From Calditrichales bacterium (GTDB lineage Bacteria > Calditrichota > Calditrichia > Calditrichales > J004): a stretch of DNA of 64,000 nucleotides. Below the pieces are notes generated by a model, which made no database searches, had not been told where the DNA came from, and was given only the letters and a program-made list of their open reading frames with translations. Where the stretch lies: contig OZ254086.1 of the NCBI GenBank assembly GCA_965267575.1, positions 4,256,001 to 4,320,000 of the forward strand, in the 5' to 3' direction. Shown piece by piece: positions 58,967 to 64,000 of the stretch (within the stretch, counting starts at the first letter, position 1; each line of letters begins with the position of its first letter). Made by a program: the position numbers and the translations under genes.

Positions 58967-59854
58967 TTGTCTTCTCGCCCGTTACACCGTTTCTCCTCGC
59001 CTATTAAACGATCGTCTTCACAGGTTGAGTCCGCATCGCTGTCTTACCTGTACATCGAATTGGATGCCGATATCCCTGTCCTGTTTTTACACGGTATTCC
59101 CAGCAGTGCCGAGTTATGGCGCGAAGTGATGGTTACCATGCACCAGGACCGTTTCCGGGTTTTTGCCATCGATTTGCCGGGATACGGGAAAACGCGTTTA
59201 ACGCCTGACAGCAATTTCTCTTTAAAAAATGCCGCCCGCCTTGTAGCCTTGTGGATTGAGCAAAAGCTGCAAGGCGAACCCGTCTGGCTGGTTGGCCATG
59301 ATTTAGGCGGAGCGGTTGCCCAGATACTCGCAGTAGAGAAACCGCAGCTTATTCAAAGACTTACCCTGTGTAATTCCCCGTTTGACAGAAGCTGGCCTGT
59401 GCTACCTGTGCGTGTTTTCCGGCTGGCGGCAAAACTGAGTCTTTATGATTTTATCGCCCGCAATGGCATGTTGCCGAATCCTTACACGCGTAATAAAATG
59501 AAAAAAGCTTTCTTCTCCGCTGATGAAATCTCGGAAGAGAAAATAAAACGTATTTTCTGGAGCGGCAAAGTTCATGACAAGGAAGGACGCCGGCAATTTG
59601 CCCTTCATCTGCGTCACCTGAATAATGACGATACGCATGATATTAAAATCAGATTAAAAAATTTTGACAAACCCGTACAGCTCATCTGGGCCGACCGTGA
59701 CTATTACCAGCCCTGGCTGATCGTCGGCCGCCGTCTTAGCAAAGTCTTCCCCCACGCCGATGTCCGGATTATTGCCAACAGTGGCCACTACCTGCCTTTA
59801 GAAAACCCGCAGGCGGTAACGGAATCCATGCTTTTCTGGCACGACAGTTTATAG
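58967..59854 (+). CDS. Alpha/beta fold hydrolase
   Basis: LHGIP, DLPGYG, GHDLGG, SGH...E.P. Confidence 0.9.
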   Translation: MSSRPLHRFSSPIKRSSSQVESASLSYLYIELDADIPVLFLHGIPSSAELWREVMVTMHQDRFRVFAIDLPGYGKTRLTPDSNFSLKNAARLVALWIEQKLQGEPVWLVGHDLGGAVAQILAVEKPQLIQRLTLCNSPFDRSWPVLPVRVFRLAAKLSLYDFIARNGMLPNPYTRNKMKKAFFSADEISEEKIKRIFWSGKVHDKEGRRQFALHLRHLNNDDTHDIKIRLKNFDKPVQLIWADRDYYQPWLIVGRRLSKVFPHADVRIIANSGHYLPLENPQAVTESMLFWHDSL

Positions 59855-59864
59855 AAACATTCAT

Positions 59865-59895
59865 AAAAAAAGGCGCCACCGAGCCGTAGCGCCTT
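59865..59895 (-). terminator. Intrinsic terminator
   Basis: AAAAAAAGGCGC...GCGCCTT stem with a T-run on the minus strand. Confidence 0.7.
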
Positions 59896-59948
59896 AATCA
59901 ACCGCTTGAGAAGCGGCCGAGCCTTTTGAGGGAGTGTAAGGAAGGCCG

Positions 59949-61607
59949 TTATTTTATCAGCATCATCCGCTTTGTGAATACCTTTCCTTCGGTCTTCAGC
60001 TGGTAGATATACATACCGCTGGCCAGATCGGAAGCATTCCAGATAACGCTGTATGTACCCGCGTTGCGTTTACCGTTTACAAGCGTAGCTACCTGCTGGC
60101 CAATCACGTTGAATACTCTCAGCTCAACGCTGCCGGCTCTAGCCATGCTGAATTCAATCTTTGTAAGCGGGTTAAACGGGTTCGGGTAGTTTTGCTTCAG
60201 AGCAAATTCTGTAGGAATGTTAGTGCTCAGTTGACGCTCATAGATGCCTGTTACAACATAACCCAGCTGATCGAGGGCTGTCCAGCCCAGCAGCCAGTTG
60301 TTGCCGCCAAAGGCACCTACGTAGCTTGTTTTTACAAAATAGTCATCATCAATATCCAGGGCACCGCTCAGGGCCGGGCTGCCCGATTTGGGACGCGGGT
60401 CCAGACCTTCGTCCGTGTCACGGCTGATGCCGCGCAGCATCGGATCTTCAATGCGATTGTTGTTATTAGCCAGATGTGTCTGCACAAAATCCTGCGGCGC
60501 AAACTGGTTCAGGTTGTTACCGGCACCAAAGTTGTACCAGATGTTGTTCATCAAAGCAAGGTCGCCGGCTTCCAGACGCTTGCGGCTGTCTTCGGCTTTC
60601 TCACCGCTGTTGTCGATGTCTTCCACCGTAATACCAACGCTAGTCGAAGCATCATCGTAATCGGCGAAAACACTGTTGTAATAGAAACCGCCCGTATTGT
60701 CACGGAAAATCAGCATCTGCTCGCCGTCACCGCTTGGCGTGGCGCCCAGACCGGCACCCAGGTAAGTCACGTTGGCAACCATCGGCTTGGCATAGGGTGT
60801 TCCCTGCTCATTACCACCGGCACCGTCCATCTCGGCCACACGGCCGGCTTCGTCACCCGCCTGGATTGCAAACCAGAACTGGTGCTTGCCGTTGAAGCCC
60901 TGGTCCCAGTCAAAAGCATCATCGCTGTTGAAAGCACTGACCAGGTAGCGCGTATTAACCGTGCCACCAAAAAATTCAAAACCATCGTCGCCACTGGCGT
61001 ACGATTCAATGTATTCAAGCGTTGTTCCGGCACCTACGCCCCCGGCACTCAGACCCTGGATCTCGTTACCGGTGGAGCTGCCCACGTTGATACCCGTGTG
61101 ACGAATAGAAACATAGCGCATTACACCCGAGCTGTGGTTGGGCTCATTGCCGCCGTAGCGCGAACGAAGAGCATCAATCTCGTTAACGCCTTCAATCGAC
61201 TGCTCGCTGGAGTTGTTGGTTGGGGCTGCACCGCATAGCACAACACCGCCCCACTCGCCGCGGTCGCTGAAGTCCAGGCTGCCCTGCAGATCGTCGTTAA
61301 CCGACGTGAAGATGATCGGGCGATCCGCCGTACCTTCGGCAAAGATCTGGGCGCGACGTGTAACCACCAGACCGGAAGCATCCGTATCCTGGCCGTCTTC
61401 GGCTTTGATCAGCGTACCGGCTTCGATCGTCAGGGTGGCTAAACTGTCCACAAACACCATCCCGTCAAGGATATACACTGTGTCAGCGGAGAAGGTCACG
61501 TGGGCGCCAACAGGGATGTCGGCATCCGTGATAACTTTCTCGGGCTTTTGGGCCAGCAAAATAAAGGGCACCAAAAGGGTGAGTAACGTAGGTCGAACAA
61601 ATCGCAT
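59949..61607 (-). CDS. Secreted beta-helix-like protein with T9SS type A-like C-terminal sorting domain
   Basis: Signal peptide; PIIFTS, WGG..L.G, SG..RYV, DDGFEFFGG; C-terminal QNYPNPFNP.T.I.F...SG.Y.Y.L...KRM.L.K. Confidence 0.85.
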   Translation of the reverse strand: MRFVRPTLLTLLVPFILLAQKPEKVITDADIPVGAHVTFSADTVYILDGMVFVDSLATLTIEAGTLIKAEDGQDTDASGLVVTRRAQIFAEGTADRPIIFTSVNDDLQGSLDFSDRGEWGGVVLCGAAPTNNSSEQSIEGVNEIDALRSRYGGNEPNHSSGVMRYVSIRHTGINVGSSTGNEIQGLSAGGVGAGTTLEYIESYASGDDGFEFFGGTVNTRYLVSAFNSDDAFDWDQGFNGKHQFWFAIQAGDEAGRVAEMDGAGGNEQGTPYAKPMVANVTYLGAGLGATPSGDGEQMLIFRDNTGGFYYNSVFADYDDASTSVGITVEDIDNSGEKAEDSRKRLEAGDLALMNNIWYNFGAGNNLNQFAPQDFVQTHLANNNNRIEDPMLRGISRDTDEGLDPRPKSGSPALSGALDIDDDYFVKTSYVGAFGGNNWLLGWTALDQLGYVVTGIYERQLSTNIPTEFALKQNYPNPFNPLTKIEFSMARAGSVELRVFNVIGQQVATLVNGKRNAGTYSVIWNASDLASGMYIYQLKTEGKVFTKRMMLIK

Positions 61608-61619
61608 TAAGGAATCCTC

Positions 61620-64000
61620 CTATAATTTATAGCTAAGTGAAAGTGAGTAAGAAACGCCTCGTTTGTAACTTGAGTAAATGAATTCTTTATCTACCACATC
61701 ATTCTTCAGCGGGTAGTAGTATTCAATCGCCGGATTCAACAGGTTCCTGGCGGCAAGCGATACTGAAAACTTATCGCCGATTCCCTGTGTTGCTTTGAAG
61801 TCGAGCTGGCCAAACCCGGCCTCGTATACATCCGGCGTTCCATTAGTACCTGTCAGGTAGAGGCGATCGCCAAACAGGTTGTAGAAAAATCCGGCATTCG
61901 TATTAGTCTGGTAATTCTCGTAGGTTAGATTTAGGTTAAAAATGAAAGGTGACTGCCCCGGGAAAGGACGTGTCTTATCCGGGTTACTTTCACCGGCGTC
62001 GATCTTGGCCTGGTAATCCTGCTCCGGCACATCCACTTCAGCGTTAACCACGGACAGGTTGGTACCCACCTTGAAGTCGCTCAGTTTATCATGAATAACA
62101 TCCAATCCCTTACGCAACTCGAACTCGATACCGTATACGCGGCCCCGGTCTACGTTTTTAACACTACGCTTGGTACCGTCGCCACTGCCAAAATTGGGAT
62201 CGATAAACTGCTCAATCGGATTCTGAAAATCTTTGTAAAAACCGCTTACAGCGATGATTTCACCCGGCTCCATAAACCATTCCCAGCGCAGGTCATAGTT
62301 TGTAATTAACGTGCGCTCCAGGTTGGCATTACCTTCAAACAGGTAGTCGCCAACAAATTCAAAGCTTATATAAGGCGCCAGTTCACGGAACGTCGGCCGG
62401 GCAATCGTTTTAGAATAGGCCGTACGAAGATTAACATTTTCAGTCAGGGCGTAAACCAGGTTCACGGAAGGCAGCACATCGGTATTATCGAGGTTGCCTG
62501 TAGGGTCTTCCGGATCTGCAGTCTTGCTTTTTATTGTTGCTGCTTCAACGCGGGCGCCGCCGATAAAGCGCAGACGCTGCGAAAGCGGCATATCCAGCAT
62601 CGCGTAGTAAGCGAACGTTTCCATGTCACCGCTAAACATGTTGGTGGAATCGATCAGTTCGTTCACGTACATGCCGTACCAGCGGTTGGGCCTGTCCGGG
62701 CGCGAAGATGAATCCACGATACCGACATGACTGAACAGTGAGTCAACATTCAAACCCGTCGGCGAAGCGTGGAAATCGTTCATGCGCACGCCGTTTTCCG
62801 CGTAGTCAAAGCGACGCTGATCATAGGTTCTCTCAACATTGCTGGCGGCAACACCGAGCTTCAGTTTACTGTTAAGACCGCTCCACTGTTTAAAGGGAAC
62901 GGAAAGATTAAGCTGTGTGGACAGATTGTCTTCTTCCAGATCGCGATAGTAGCGAGAGATAGGCTGACTGTTGGCGCCATCAAACTGGAAGAAATAAGAC
63001 GAGTCCGGCTGTGGGATGTACACATTAAAGAAGTAGCGCTGATCCGGCTCATACTGCTGGTTGTTGGAGTAGCTGACTTTCCAGTCCAGCTTAGAATCCA
63101 GCAGCGGCGCAATGGCATGCTCGCCATCAAGCTGGTAATTATCCAGGCTGCGCTCCACCCAGGAGATAACGCGTGTTTCAAAAGATGTCAGCGATCCCGG
63201 CGTTGAACGATCGCGCTCTCGGTAGCCTTCAAGGTAACGCCCTTGTGATTCGGCGCTTTGCGTATGCATGTATGAAAATTTTACCTGCCCGATCGTGCTG
63301 TTGCGGAATGCAAAGTTGGCGATGGAACCCCAGTTGACTTCGCGGCTGCCTTTGATGTCATTACCTTTAAACTCGGCTTCCAGACCTTCCGCTTCATCAA
63401 ACTGAGCGTTCAGCTTGTAGCGGCCGGTCTCACCGTTATCCACAAAAGAGTAGTTCTGTCCCCAGGTCATGCTGCCGAAATAGCCAAAGCTGTTGGACTG
63501 CGTTTCGTCAAGGAAAACGGTGTTTCCCAGCGAAATCCCGAAGGAGCTGTTCATCGGGGCGTCGGCGCTTACAGGAATCATATTGTTACTGAATGCGCGC
63601 GATTGCCGGTCCAGCGTGGAAGCAAGCTCCAGCGCTTTGGCCTCTTCACCGTCGCGGTAGATCCTGTTGATTGAATTGGGGGTTTCTTCTGTATTGCCGC
63701 TCTGTTCAAAAATCGTCGGCATTTCACGTGTGCCATCGTCAAACCCCATCCAGTCAGTACTGCCGCCGGGGCCTAGGATGAAATCATTATTAAAGGTGGC
63801 CACGCTGTTATAGCCCACCGAACTGTTCACCTGAAAGGTCAGCTTTTCCGGATACGATTTTAGCGAAACGTCCACCAGGCCGCCGGTAAAGGTTCCGGGC
63901 TTGTCAGGGGTAAATGTTTTAATCGTGTTGATATTGTCCAGCATATTGGAAGGGATCAGGTCAAGCTGGAACGATTTTTTATCGGGGTCGGCGCTGGGCA
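61620..64000 (-). CDS. TonB-dependent receptor, 5' part outside the window
   Basis: Frame stays open to the window edge (PSADPDKKSFQLDLIPSNMLDNI..KTFTPD.PG.F.GG plug motif); RP.FRELAP, D.RWEWF, NLLN and C-terminal SYKL. Confidence 0.92.
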   Translation of the reverse strand, partial: PSADPDKKSFQLDLIPSNMLDNINTIKTFTPDKPGTFTGGLVDVSLKSYPEKLTFQVNSSVGYNSVATFNNDFILGPGGSTDWMGFDDGTREMPTIFEQSGNTEETPNSINRIYRDGEEAKALELASTLDRQSRAFSNNMIPVSADAPMNSSFGISLGNTVFLDETQSNSFGYFGSMTWGQNYSFVDNGETGRYKLNAQFDEAEGLEAEFKGNDIKGSREVNWGSIANFAFRNSTIGQVKFSYMHTQSAESQGRYLEGYRERDRSTPGSLTSFETRVISWVERSLDNYQLDGEHAIAPLLDSKLDWKVSYSNNQQYEPDQRYFFNVYIPQPDSSYFFQFDGANSQPISRYYRDLEEDNLSTQLNLSVPFKQWSGLNSKLKLGVAASNVERTYDQRRFDYAENGVRMNDFHASPTGLNVDSLFSHVGIVDSSSRPDRPNRWYGMYVNELIDSTNMFSGDMETFAYYAMLDMPLSQRLRFIGGARVEAATIKSKTADPEDPTGNLDNTDVLPSVNLVYALTENVNLRTAYSKTIARPTFRELAPYISFEFVGDYLFEGNANLERTLITNYDLRWEWFMEPGEIIAVSGFYKDFQNPIEQFIDPNFGSGDGTKRSVKNVDRGRVYGIEFELRKGLDVIHDKLSDFKVGTNLSVVNAEVDVPEQDYQAKIDAGESNPDKTRPFPGQSPFIFNLNLTYENYQTNTNAGFFYNLFGDRLYLTGTNGTPDVYEAGFGQLDFKATQGIGDKFSVSLAARNLLNPAIEYYYPLKNDVVDKEFIYSSYKRGVSYSLSLSYKL

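Overview
Bacterial window, probably FCB group (Calditrichota/Ignavibacteria-like, inferred from the secretion C-terminal domain at 59949-61607). Positions 0.5-34 kb hold a largely AT-rich, minus-strand surface polysaccharide locus: Wzx/Wzy, an initiating phosphoglycosyl transferase, GT4s, L-FucNAc genes, a LegC/NeuD-like amino-sugar module, a block of deacetylase/amidotransferase/ATP-grasp/GNAT tailoring genes, and a complete UbiA-GtrA-DprE1-DprE2-HAD-GT-C polyprenyl-phospho-arabinose module. Intergenic regions at 0.35-0.5, 2.7-3.3 and 34-40.9 kb are filled with mosaic blocks of several palindromic REP-like modules and short tandem repeats. A small GIY-YIG nuclease gene missed by the ORF track (<1-288, minus) sits beside them, and a DUF5674 two-gene cassette is bracketed by ~440-bp direct repeats. 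Positions 41-64 kb are ordinary chromosome: metallophosphoesterase, hisN, an MCE transporter, a serine hydrolase, dnaK/degP/Zn-peptidase with sigma54-like promoters, a NYN-kinase-PHP-BamA-like operon, and a partial TonB-dependent receptor with a secreted partner. No rRNA, tRNA or CRISPR array was seen. Family calls rest on recognised motifs, not database searches.
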